Assembly (NCBI GenBank): GCA_002269645.1
Contig: NIVC01002245.1
Coordinates: forward strand, 126,374-190,373
DNA: 64,000 bases
Direction: 5' to 3'
Source of the DNA: Macrostomum lignano
Lineage: Eukaryota
In this document: positions 13,484 through 24,884 of the stretch, in pieces
How the letters are laid out: the number at the start of each line of letters is the position of its first letter
Numbering within the stretch: the first letter of the stretch is position 1
The notes under the pieces: model-generated
Databases searched by the model: none
What the model was told of the DNA's origin: nothing
Seen by the model: the letters and a program-made list of their open reading frames with translations, nothing else
Program-made: the position numbers and the translations under genes

Positions 13484-14814
13484 TCAGCCCAGCAGGATCT
13501 TAAACAGCAGAGGGTTGTCCCTCTGCATTTGGTCCCGCAGGCCCGGGAAGCGCTGCATGGCGTCAATCACCTTAGCCAGAATCTCCATGTAGTTGCCGTT
13601 GGTCCGCACCTCCTTCACCTCCGGCACGAAGCGCTCAACCCAGTCGATGGCGTCCCGGACCATCGGGTCCATTCCGTCTGCAATGTGGGCCACTTTGCTG
13701 CAGGAAAATTGCTCAGTGATTTGCCCCCGGACTCATCGGAATGCTAGAATACTATAATTGTTTTGCTTTGTGCATCCCCAGCCGACCGCCCTGTGTTTGC
13801 CTGGCGGGTTTGGCCCCTCCTCCAGTTTTTCCTAGCCTGCCAGCACCACCTGGGCCCGGGTTTGGGGGCTTATGACTCCACCCTTTTTTGGGGGTTTGGG
13901 GGTGGCTGTTCCCTCTGCCCCGGCCCTTGCGCTGCGTTCCCCCGTCTACTAGTAGCGGGTCTCTGATTGGTCAGTAAACTTTCTCTCCTGAGTCAGCCAC
14001 TGGGCAATGAACTTTCGCTGCTCAGAGAGTAGCTGCGTCGGCAAACTCTTGCGGCCGGTCAGGAAGCAGGGGTCGGAGCCAGGATGGGTGTCTTCAGTCA
14101 GGGGTCCCCGTCCCGGGTCTCAGTCTAGGCCTCTCAATTCTGCCCATTCCGCTGACTACTGAGCATATGACTCCTGCGCCAATGCTGTACACAGGCACGC
14201 ACTCATGCACACGCTCACGCAGTGTATACAGCGGCCCTGACTTTCTAATAGTCAGGCATGTACACTCTCTGCGCCCTGGAACTTGGTCCCCATGCGTGCG
14301 TGCACTCTCTGCGCCTTGGGACTTGGTCCCCATGCGTGCGTGCACTCTCTGCGCCTTGGGACTTGGTCCCCATGCGTGCGTGCACTCTCTGCGCCTCGGG
14401 ACTTGGTCCCCATGCGTGCGTGCACTCTCTGCGCCTCGGGACTTGGTCCCCATGCGTGCGTGCACTCTCTGCGCCTCGGGACTTGGTCCCCATGCGTGCG
14501 TGCACTCTCTGCGCCTTGGGACTGGTCCCCATGCGTGCGTGCACTCTCTGTGCCTCGGGGGTTGGCCTTCATGGCTGTAAACTGTACTAAAACCCGATTT
14601 TCCTGCAAAAGCGCCAAATTAATTTGGCCGCTCGCGGAGTCGAACCAGTGGGTCGTTTTGGCGCGAAAGTCAGACGCGTTTACCGCTGAGCTGTTCGGCA
14701 AATATGCTAGACAAAAAACCGGATCAAAACACCAATTACGGATCAGGTCAACTTACAATCAGCCTCAGCCACTGCGGCAGCGGCGCAGAGAACAGCAATG
14801 ATGAAAATTTTCAT
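13484..14814 (-). CDS. Putative small secreted protein; signal-peptide exon 14814-14757 and terminal exon 13697-13484, middle exon unresolved
   Basis: ATG exon MKIFIIAVLCAAAAVAEAD followed by GTAAGT; terminal exon preceded by ttttcctgcag and reading KVAHIADGMDPMVRDAIDW...NPLLFKILLG-stop with GC-rich third positions. The phases (1 and 2) need an intervening exon of 3n+1 nt. Confidence 0.5.
14140..14700 (-). mobile_element. tRNA-derived SINE copy with an internal 40-bp segment amplified in tandem
   Basis: Minus-strand head GAACAGCTCAGCGGTAAACGCGTCTGAC...GGTTCGACTCCGCGAGCGGCCA (A-box and B-box) at 14700-14625; body matches the other copies (ccccaaggcacagaga.tgtacatgcctgac). Confidence 0.7.
14270..14560 (+). 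repeat. 40-bp tandem repeat (gggacttggtccccatgcgtgcgtgcactctctgcgcctt), about 7 copies
   Basis: Unit read directly; lies inside the SINE body. Confidence 0.95.
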
Positions 14815-15556
14815 TATGCAATTAATGATTTCAAATCAGCTTAACGTCGGATTGTCAGCTCGCTGCGGTAAAGACTGGCTTCTGTGCTTTAAATATGGCA
14901 GTCCCGGTCCCATAGATTACGGAATGCACTGCTCCAGACATTCATTCCGTGACAGGAACCAGCAATCTGGGCTTACTCAAAATTTGCTGCGATTCCCAAC
15001 TGCTTTCTACGTGCCGATATAGCAAACAGCTTCTTGCACGAGTGCTTTGGTTGCAAAATTTGCTTTCGTTTAGCTTATGCTTGATAAAAGTACAATCCCT
15101 AGGGCCGCGTGAGATTTTCGCACCTGAATGGCGTCTGCGCTTGCAGTTGAGCGGCTGCGTAAACTTCTTAACATCATTTGTAATTTGAGACATCATTTTT
15201 CTTTTCGTTTGGACAAACGCGTGCTTCTTGCTAGAACTTGCGAGAACTGAGGGACTACTCTTAGTAGCTGCGTCCGAGTGTCGATAACCGCTTCGTGTTT
15301 GGAGGCAATTGTCGAGCAAGTATTATCGGTATAATAACGAGAAAAAATTTACCAAGTTTATTGATTTTTTCAAAAAGCTAATACCGACGAAGGACGCCCA
15401 CCTGGTGTAACTGTACTCTGATATGCATTTAATGTCGATTCATGAAATCATGCAGCTTGAGAAACGCAAATATAGTTTAGTTTCCTTGTGGATGAAAGAA
15501 TAACGGATTAGTAATCTGGCCGCTTTCGGTGGGTTCAAGTGTGTTTTTCTAATAGA

Positions 15557-16556
15557 CATTTCACCGTTTGGTTTTCATGTAGACATTACACCGCTTGGTT
15601 TTCATGTAGACATTACACCGCTTGGTTTTCATGTAGACATTACACCGCTTGGTTTTCATGTAGACATTACACCGCTCAGTTTTTCATGTAGACATTACAC
15701 CGCTCAGTTTTTCATGTAGACATTACACCGCTTGGTTTTCATGTAGACATTACACCGCTTGGTTTTCATGTAGACATTACACCGCTTGGTTTTCATGTAG
15801 ACATTACACTGCTTGGTTTTCATGTAGACATTACACCGCTCAGTTTTTCATGTAGACATTTCACCGCTTGGTTTTCATGTAGACATTACACCGCTTGGTT
15901 TTCATGTAGACATTACACTGCTTGGTTTTCATGTAGACATTACACCGCTTGGTTTTCATGTAGACATTACACTGCTTGGTTTTCATGTAGACATTACACC
16001 GCTCAGTTTTTCATGTAGACATTACACCGCTTGGTTTTCATGTAGACATTACACCGCTCAGTTTTTCATGTAGACATTACACCGCTTGGTTTTCATGTAG
16101 ACATTACACCGCTTGGTTTTCATGTAGACATTACACCGCTTGGTTTTCATGTAGACATTACACCGCTCAGTTTTTCATGTAGACATTACACCGCTTGGTT
16201 TTCATGTAGACATTACACCGCTTGGTTTTCATGTAGACATTACACTGCTTGGTTTTCATGTAGACATTACACCGCTTGGTTTTCATGTAGACATTACACC
16301 GTTGGTTTCATATAAACATTACACCTCTAAGTTTTCATGTAGACATTCTACTGCTTGGTTTTCATGTAGACATTACACCGCTTGGTTTTCATGTAGACAT
16401 TACATCGCTTGGTTTTCATGTAGACATTACACCGCTTGGTTTTCATGTAGACATTACATCGCTTGGTTTTCATGTAGACATTCTACTGCTTGGTTTTCAT
16501 ATAGACATTACACCGCTTGGTTTTCATGTAGACATTACATCGCTTGGTTTTCATGT
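15557..16556 (+). repeat. 27-bp minisatellite (catgtagacattacaccgcttggtttt), about 37 copies
   Basis: Highly homogeneous unit with gctcagt and actgctt variants. Confidence 0.97.
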
Positions 16557-16574
16557 AAGGAAAGCACTCAAAGG

Positions 16575-17256
16575 AAAGCATTCTGATTACTGTTACTGGA
16601 AGAATTACTGAACCAAATGGAGTGTTCATGGAAAAACTAGAGCAATCCATTCGATTGGATGCTGGGCAAATTATCATGTTTATCTGAATGATTTTACAGG
16701 CTGGTCGAATGTTCCTAATGTGACCCTGGCAAATAACAAGTTCTATTACAAATGGAAAGGTGTGACAAGGTGTGGATAGTTATAATTACTTCTTGGGAAA
16801 TGTTTTTACCAAACGAAAGCATTTTGAGATACCGGATGCGAGTAGACCAGAGAATAAACTGTTCCCTGTTAAACTATCCCATGATCTCACTGTAATAAGA
16901 GTGATCCTGCAAGTTCATAAGGATGCAGAGTCGGGTTTTGAGGCGAAATTTTATAAAGAGGGTTTATTCTTTGCCCCAAATATCGCTGAAATTATCAAAG
17001 GTTTAAATATTTTAATTTGTAGTAATTTGAGTTTCGATTGGGTTTTTAAAGGTAAAAAGGACAAATGTACTTTTAATGTTTCAAATTCTGTTGCTGGCGG
17101 TTAGATGCTGGTAGAGAAACCTAATCCAGTGAAGAGGGTTGTTCTGAGTATAAAGAAATCAATGAGACTGCTCTTCAGTTTGAAACAGAGGATGGAGTGG
17201 GTGTTGATTTCAATGGTGAAGAGTTTGCGCTAACGATTGCGATTGAGAGAATTTGA
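16575..17256 (+). pseudogene. Degenerate Polinton/Maverick (adintovirus-like) minor capsid (penton) gene
   Basis: Broken frames give NYHVYLNDFTGWSNVPNVTLANNKFYYKW, then LICSNL...SVAGG-stop-MLVEKPNP, then KEINETALQFETEDGVGVDFNGEEFALTIAIERI-stop. These resemble, in the right order, Polinton penton motifs (SIPNI..NNKFYY; CN.V; GYKI.E.P; DQ.G..V.F.GE.I...L.I). Recognition from memory, not searched. Confidence 0.6.
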
Positions 17257-17356
17257 TGTTAAAATAACTAAATAACTAATTTTCTGCGGTGAGCTGTGCT
17301 TGACTTTTTTGTATGCAATGGCGAAAACCAGAAAGAGCCACAAAGAAATTGTTCTA

Positions 17357-17480
17357 GGGTTTAGGTGTCAGGTGTTGGGTTTAGGTGTCAGGTGTTAGGT
17401 TTAGGTGTCAGGTGTTAGGTGTTGGGCTTAGGTGTCAGGTGTTGGGTTTTGGGTTTTGGGTGTTGGTTGGTAGGGTGTTG
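17357..17480 (+). repeat. G/T-rich telomere-like short repeat (gggtttaggtgtcaggtgtt)
   Basis: Repeated TTAGG/TCAGG/TTGGG motifs; not canonical (TTAGGG)n. Confidence 0.75.
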
Positions 17481-18346
17481 ATTTTTTGCTGTCCGAGGTT
17501 TCAAGGACAAAAAAACAAAACCCCTTTTCGATCAGTAGTTGTAAGCATTGCGATGAGGTGGTTGGTTTTAGGTGTTAGGGCATTATGTTTAGATAGATTT
17601 TAGTAGATGTTGATCTCAGGGGATTTAGTTGATTTCTGTCCTGGCTTTTTCCTCATGACAACTACTTATTTACGACGTACAACGAAGCGGTTGCTCCTCT
17701 CAAACCAACGGCCAAATCAGCAACGCTGACCCGAAAAGTTTTAAGAAAGTTCCAAGAAAGACTTTTAAAGATGGAGAAAAAAAGTACAGATGAATAAGAG
17801 GCAACTTGAAGAAAAGGAAGCAAGATAGCAAAGCTGTCAGCAGCCTCTCTAAAACGAGAGCACAGCTGGGGGGTGGCAGAGGGTGTTGCGACGGCTTGGT
17901 TTTGCAATCAACCTGCAGCCACAATTGCTCCAAGAGAGAGACATCGATCGATGAGATTGCCTGAGTATGAGGATGGATGAAGCTCTGCTGCCATCTAAGG
18001 CAAGCTCATTGTCCTTGTAAAGAAGGAAGAGACTTAGTTATCCTAGCAACCGGGAGTTGCACTTAAAGGCTTTGTTTTTCCTCACTTGTCCCAGCTAAAT
18101 TGCCAGGGAACATTGTCACTCTGAATGCTGACTTAAAAATTAAAACTTGCATGGGAGCCGGTGCAGATTCAGAAATTCTCTCAGCAACACACTGACTTTC
18201 TGTGCGCCTGCGAGTTCCCTAACTGGAACGTTGGCCTGTCGTGTAAGTTGACGCTGATATCGTAAATTGAATTTACTAAAAAAAGTATATGCTAACTTCG
18301 TAGAAAACTAAGTTGTCAAACTTGACACACTCTGTAGACAACCAAA

Positions 18347-19105
18347 ATGCGACCGCTGCTGTTTCTGCTTCTGGGTCTCAAAATTAGTTGCGATGCAACT
18401 TGCGACTCTCCGAAAGCGACTTTCCACCCGATCTCTGGCGCTGACTGCGTGACGTCCAGCTTCACCCACACCGTGTGGGGCTCGTGCGATCCGCTGTCCT
18501 GCAGCCTGCACTGCGCCAAGATGCCGAACTGCCGGGCCTTCTCGCTGCCGGATGGCGACTGCCTCTGCAAGCTGTTCCTGTTCGACAAGTGCAGCCACCG
18601 AGTGCAGTCAGAGGCCAACTGCACTCACCGAGTAACCGTGTACGTGAGATCGCTACCTGGAGTAGCTCCGGGTCGCCTGTGCCCACCCGGATACGAGTAC
18701 TCTCAGTTCGGAACCTCATACAAGGTGTCGGCCTCACGTGCGACCAACTGGGCTGACGCTCTCTCCCGGTGCGACCAGGAGACCGGACTGTCGAAGTTCG
18801 CGGACGCTCTGGACTCCGACGAGTCCCGTCACCTGATGTGGATCAAGAACGTGTCGAACATCCCTGTAGAGACTTTGTTTCTGGGTGGCCACCAGATTCC
18901 GGGCTCTGCGAGCAGAACGGAAGGCTGGATCTGGGACGCCTGCAACGAGAGCATCCGGGCCGACGTCTGGGAGCCCGGGAGGCCGAACGATGGGTTGCCG
19001 ACTCAGGGCTGTGCGGCTGTCTACGTTGATCACAATACTGGCATCGATGATTCCGGATGCTCTAGCAACCGGAAGTACCTCTGTGAGTGCCTGTCCGTGT
19101 TCTAA
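18347..19105 (+). CDS. Secreted PAN/apple + C-type lectin protein, copy 1 (252 aa, single coding exon)
   Basis: Signal peptide; PAN-like C-SLHC-KMPNCRAF...C.C; CTLD motifs NWADALSRC, LFLGG, WIW, W.PG.PN, GCAAV, DD..C...KYLCE. Confidence 0.9.
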   Translation: MRPLLFLLLGLKISCDATCDSPKATFHPISGADCVTSSFTHTVWGSCDPLSCSLHCAKMPNCRAFSLPDGDCLCKLFLFDKCSHRVQSEANCTHRVTVYVRSLPGVAPGRLCPPGYEYSQFGTSYKVSASRATNWADALSRCDQETGLSKFADALDSDESRHLMWIKNVSNIPVETLFLGGHQIPGSASRTEGWIWDACNESIRADVWEPGRPNDGLPTQGCAAVYVDHNTGIDDSGCSSNRKYLCECLSVF

Positions 19106-19904
19106 ATTTATTGCACTGGACAGAAACCGAAAGTCGCGAAGAACCACCAACTAATTGAGGATATTGTTGGCAAAAATTTATTGCTGTTCTATTAGAATTT
19201 TTGTTCTACGGCGCTGATATTTTAACACCTGTTCGACTTGCTTAAAAACGGTTGTCCTTTGTTAATTTGACCATAAATCTTGACCATAAATACCGTGCTA
19301 TCAGGTTATTTGCATATCTTAAAATAGTCTATAATACTTCACTGTATACTACTATATCAATGATCATGGATCGATTTTTTTTGTAACTAATAAATCTTTG
19401 TAAATCATTGATTTGATTGTTGAAAAGTCAAATGCGGATAATTTTTTTTGTCTAATCATATATGTGGTCTAATTCTTCTATGACTAATTTCGAATTTACA
19501 TGATACTGCCATTGCATCTCTCTGCCATCTCTCAATAAGCTTATTGTGTGGCGCTCATTGTATGACAAGTTTTATTAATAATATTACATCGCAAAAAGCG
19601 TCCGGTTTCTGCACCATTGTTTCTAAGTCGGCAATTTTGCACAAATATTGAAGATCATGGTGCATACTTCAAAATGGTAATTAATTTACTCGTAATATGG
19701 TACTTTATAACTATGTGAGTTAGTTATAAAGTACGGAAAGATTCACTTCTTTAGGAACATCGAATTTCTATTTGGTCTTTGAGCGAAAAATACACTACCG
19801 AAATGGGTACCTTTCATTTTTCATAGCGAGCATAGATATAGTTTTCTGTTGGATGCAGATCAAATGCTTTATGAACATGTTTCCAGTTAGGGGTGCCTGG
19901 TAAG

Positions 19905-20120
19905 AGAAAGGAGAGAAGAGAAGAGAGAGTGGGGAGAGAGGGCAGAGAGAGGAGAGTGCAGAGAAGGGAGAGGAAGAGAAGAGGAAAGAGAGGAGGAGAG
20001 AGAAGAGAGAGGGGAGAGAGGGGAGGGGAGAGAGAGGGGAGAGAATGGGAAAGACAGGGAGAGAGGAGACTGAACGAGAAGAGGGGAGAGAAGAGTAAAA
20101 GAAGTGAGAAGAGACCAGCC
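19905..20120 (+). repeat. Polypurine (GA-rich) tract, duplication unit 1
   Basis: Almost pure A/G on the plus strand; ends in aagagaccagccttgagc like the paralogous tracts. Confidence 0.9.
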
Positions 20121-20184
20121 TTGAGCAAGACTTGCTAGATTTAGAATTCCTTGCTTGAGCAAGCGGGATTGCTATTGTGAAGTT

Positions 20185-20257
20185 TCAAAGGACCCAAGGG
20201 CCGGATAGAGAGGCTTCGCGGGCCGCATGGCTGGATGATTTGCCGACCTCTGGCTTA
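20185..20257 (-). mobile_element. hAT (Charlie-like) terminus remnant
   Basis: gggccggat...cgcgggccgcatg...tttgccgacctctg; reverse complement resembles the CAGGGGTCGGCAAA terminus of Charlie-type hATs. No partner end found. Confidence 0.5.
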
Positions 20258-22199
20258 CTTAGATATAGAAATTAAAAAAAATTCTTTCTGGTTTTATCCT
20301 ATAGGCATTTTTCAAGGCTATAGTCTTTGTTTTGGCGTCCTTTGCGTTTGCTCTTAGCGGATTTCTCTCAACATCGACTTCTAACATACTAACAAGACGT
20401 GCCTAGCGTGCTGTCCTCACTCTTCCTCACTATCTCTCGTGCCGGGTCGGCTTGGACTCTCAGAGGCTGCAACTTGGCTTCGGCTTCCGTCTACAGTGAA
20501 ATCTCGCCGGTCTCAAGCGAATCTGAGCCGCAATTGCAAAGTCAAAGGAGTTTGTAACCACTGGGGATTTCGACTCTGGGGCAGAACGGAGCAGATCCCG
20601 CGCTCCGCTCGTTCGTTTATAATATTCTCAACATCCCTCTCTTTTGAGGGGGTCAACGATGCATTCTGTTCTTCTCTGGGGCCTGGGCTTTCTCGGGAGT
20701 GCGTGGGCGGGACCGAGTTTAAATATTTAAAAGATAATGAAAAGCTGTTTTGAGAACTTTGCATGTAAAAGTGTAACAGATAAAGAGAGAGCGGAAAGAA
20801 CGAGAAACAAATAGGAAAATGAAAATCTAGTGTATAAAATATTAACCGATGCATTTTAATTGTGGCATAAAGATAAGAACTAAGCTTCTTACTTGCAGTA
20901 GCTTGAGCTGGTTGTTTAGTTTTTACTCATTTATTTGCTAACAGGAGTGCTTGCGTAGATGGTGCTGAATAGTCATGCCAGTTGTTGTGCTTTAAAGCTA
21001 CCTGGTATAAGCTATAAAAACTCAATATAAAGACGAGAGACGGCCGGTTGATCAGCCAAGTGACATTCTTCAAGAAGCAATTCAAAAGACGAATTGCAAA
21101 CTGGCGGATCAGCTCTCTTGGGCGATGAACTGTGCAGCAGAAGCCTTGTGTTTGGGTTGCACTTTGGTTTTCACGTTGTTTCACTCTCTCTCTCCCTCCC
21201 CCGTGGCTAATCATTCTTGCGCACTATCGCTTTAACCCTACCCGTTTGTACATTTACGCTTGCCAGTGTGCATGGTTTTAGCCCCCTGCCAATCAGAGGG
21301 CGTTTGTCCATTGATGTACGCGGTTTCGTGTTATGAAGTCAAATAAATAGTTTCGTCACTTCGGTATGGTTCTGTTCGTATTGTGACGATTAAATGGCAG
21401 ACTCAGGATCAAATAATTAACGAAGGCGAATACACAGAGGCAAATTGTGTAGCGGTAGCACTCGGTGATATTGACGAATGATGCGGCAATGGCCGTAGTT
21501 CTCATTTATTGTACCCGTATGGGCGGATAGTTAGGGCTCGTTTGTTATCAATTCCGTCTGGGTAGTCAATAGAGATGGGCCTGAGTATTTGCTGAATCCG
21601 TAAGGAATGCACTGGGCGGCTGCGCAACAATAAGATAGATGATAGAGCGAGTTGATGAGCCTGAGGCAATGGCGGTGATGGAAAGGCAGTGATCGTATGG
21701 TTGCGGTACTCGTGGCAAGAACCCCGTACGAACGGTGGCGGTGGCGTGATCGAGAATTGGCAGAGGCGTGGCTTAGAACTGTGGCGGAGCGAGCGAGAGA
21801 GAGAGGGGCGAAGAGCAGCCGGAGGAGAAAAGAAAAAGCCTAACCCCGGGCGCCCCAGCCAGACAGGACTGATAACGAGCGGGCTGGGGGTGGGTGCACG
21901 ACAAAAGCTTAATTTCAGGCTAGCATAATATATGCGCGGCTTTCCTATTGGCCGGCGCGAAAACCAACTTTGAAAACAGAAATTATCGATCGCATTGTAC
22001 ATGGGCTTTACGAACGTCCCGCAATGTTGTTAAAATTCCTTGGGCATTACTATAAGCAGACGTTAGAGTACGAGATCATCAAATGAACAATATTATAGAA
22101 TGGCACTGCTTTCGCTAAAACGGCCCTTGTCGGGGCCACCTCAACTGACAACGTCACAGTATCTATTCTCCTTCGATTGCAAACATGACTTGACTCAGT

Positions 22200-24000
22200 T
22201 TTGCCTGGACTAACACCTTGCGTCGGAAAGTCAGCTGAGCTTTGTATTTTGACGATTAGCAGCCTGGCAAAACGTTTGATGCGGTCGATTGGTCAGAAAT
22301 TCCTTTGGCAGAGTGTTGGAGCTCTTGATGTTCTCAAAGATGTTGAATGCTGTCATGCAGATAGTGAATGAAGCATCAGAAGGGCAGCAAAGTCCTCCTC
22401 GATTGACTTGACGTACCAGGAACTGATGATCTGGCTGGTTTTCAGTTGGGATTTCCAGTGCTGGAAAGTTGTTCTCGATGACCAGAAACTGGCGACACCC
22501 ATGACAGCGTTTACCAATGGACTTTGACAGATATCCTGCGATGTAAAACATGACATTCAGACAGCCTGATTCGTTACGTCTCAAAGCCAGGCAATGCTCA
22601 TCCGGAATGCTTTTAAACAATTTCGCTGCTCTGAGACTAGTGTCTGCGCCCTCCTGTTCAAAGTCCCTCGCGAATGACTTCTTTAGTCGGCTGAGGTCCA
22701 TCTTAGAGTGCTTCGAGAGCGACGTCACTCTGATCTTATTTTCGGATTGAATAATCTGTTTCGAGCTGATGTAGTATAGACCACCTGACATCTGTCGGTA
22801 CCTTCCGAATTTCTTCTCGATGGGATCCGAAAGGAACTTTCCGAGCAAAACATACTGAAAGTGCCCAGTAGCGAGTAGTCTTGAGCACAATTTCGGAATA
22901 GCAGAACACGTCTGAATGAGGCTACCGAAGGTTTCATTCGTCAAGCAGTTCTTGCCTGCCGCAGCTGAGCGCCACTTTTTATAAATTCTGCGAATGCTAG
23001 TAGGTGTTCAAGCTGCCAGTTCGTCGCTTGTAATCGGCGCGCATTCTGGCTTTCTTAGCTGCTGACCAGCGACAGGTGTTCGAACATTCAAAATGCTTCA
23101 TAACTGCTTGATTTTTGCGAGAAATTCCGCTGTACTGTTGAATTTTGTAGTGTCAATTTCTTGACTTAGTGTCGGAATAGAATTTCAATGCTGAAATTGT
23201 GGCCTCATCAAATACAGCAGCAGCCATACAAGTGCTAGTTCTTTCAACATTCAGCGGGCGCAGAACCTTCTCTGTTAGTTTGAATGCAATCCTTGATGAT
23301 TGAATCTTTCTAGCTCGAAGACGGCTTCAATATCACCACCAAATCTTGCCACGACAGTACTACTATAGTCAGACGTTGGGATATGAAACTACCTGCGCTT
23401 CTGAAAATTATTATAAACGTTCTCAATGTTATGACTCGAATCCATCAGCAGAAAAATCTCTTTTTGGGAATCTGAAGGATGCCGCATAGTGAGGCCATCT
23501 TCATGAGCAGCATTCAGCGAAAAAAACTTTCTGTTCACTGGGGCATTGTCGCACGACACAGCGACGACTTCAAAGCCGCTGGCTGTCACAATCTCAATAA
23601 TGCGCTCTGCCCTGCTGCGCAGATCCTCTGCTGTTAGACGATTAACAGGAGAAAGGCTGACGACATCTTGGTACGCTCCTCCGATTGACTTACTGAGGAA
23701 AGCAAGACAGTGTTTGAAACCCCCCATGCCTCCAAACAAAAAGTTTTTCAAGTCATGCTATTTTTCCTTCTAAAAAACCTTGGCCCGGGTTGGTCGGCCC
23801 AGAGAGGCCTGAATCGGGGAGTGTCACTTCCACATGTAGAGTATTCCCTGGCTAGCGTTACCTTTTTAGAGTTTGTAAAAAAATCATCCAATATTAAGCA
23901 TAATTAAACTGCTTAATTGTGTAATTGCACATAGAGTTGGTTAAGTGGTTAGCAATCCGTGTCCCACTAGGCAAAAGGCAGCAATAGAGTGGGCCCAATG
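22200..24000 (-). mobile_element. Decayed P-element/THAP9-like transposase
   Basis: Fragments in order: LAFLSKSIGG.Y.DVVSLSPV..LT, VVAVSCDNAPVNRKFF, LLMDSSHNIENVYNNF, YVLLGKFLSDPIEKKFGRYRQMSGG, YIAGY, GGLCCPS. Several stops and frameshifts. Confidence 0.85.
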
Positions 24001-24556
24001 ACTGAGGGGTAGGAAGGGAAGAGCCCTTGCTATCGATCGTCGAGGGGTGGAAGTTGTTTGCCCGTGGCGAGCAGTCTTTGACAAACAGAAGCCAAGCCGA
24101 GCGAAGCGATACAGCACGTCTAGCGAAACGAAGCGTTGTGGCGATATTCACCCGTCCGATTCCAGGGCTAACTGGCTGAAAATTCCAGATGCATTAGTGA
24201 TGAAGGAAACTGCAATGGTACTGAGCACAGAAAACCAGGGCTGAGATGCCTGCATCGGCTGTATCTTGTGGGACTGGCTTGGCAAATGCAACTATTTGCT
24301 CTCACTGGCTTCTGTAGGCTTTTGCAGCAGCCATTTTATTTGAGCTTTGGGGAAAATGCGAGTGTAATACAAGTAGAATCCCCCACGCTGGGATGGCGTA
24401 AAAGATAAGCACGGTTTCAGACTCAGTGCTAACATGTGTTATGCAAACACGTCCGCATAAAACAGGAAACCGATTTAAAGTCTCATAGACTTCCCGAAAG
24501 ACAAAAGCACACAACTCACGCGTTGATTTCCCTGACTGGAATATTGCTTGGCAGGT

Positions 24557-24795
24557 GAGTTGATGCTCAAAAAAGTTGATGCTCACGAAAGTTGACGCTC
24601 ACGAAAGTTGATGCTCAAAAGAGTTGATGCTCAAGAAAGTTGATGCTCAAGAGAGTTGATGCTCAAGAAGAGTTGATGCTCAGGAGAGTTGATGCTCAGG
24701 AGAGTTGATGCTCAGGAGAGTTGATGCTCAAGAGAGTTGATGCTCAAGAGAGTTGATGCTCAAGAGATTTGATGCTCAGGAGACTTGATACTCAG
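24557..24795 (+). repeat. 16-bp VNTR (agagttgatgctcaag), about 15 copies, upstream of lectin copy 2
   Basis: Unit read directly; begins at cag|GTGAGT. Confidence 0.95.
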
Positions 24796-24884
24796 ATCTA
24801 ACACTGAATTTACTGTAAAAAGGTATACGCTGATTTCGTAGAATATCAAGTTGTACAACTTATCACACTCTGTAGACAACCAAA

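Noticed and set aside
17357-17480. Interstitial telomere
   Set aside because: Repeats are not (TTAGGG)n or pure (TTAGG)n; treated as a simple G/T-rich repeat.
18308-18756. Conserved antisense and alternative-frame ORFs over every lectin copy
   Set aside because: Shadow ORFs of GC-rich coding sequence, conserved only because the paralogs are near-identical.
24300-24590. THAP domain at the start of the P-like transposase (NRFP...RVCITH)
   Set aside because: Spacing is too short, the conserved Trp is missing, and the paralogous block at 44150-44280 does not keep the motif.
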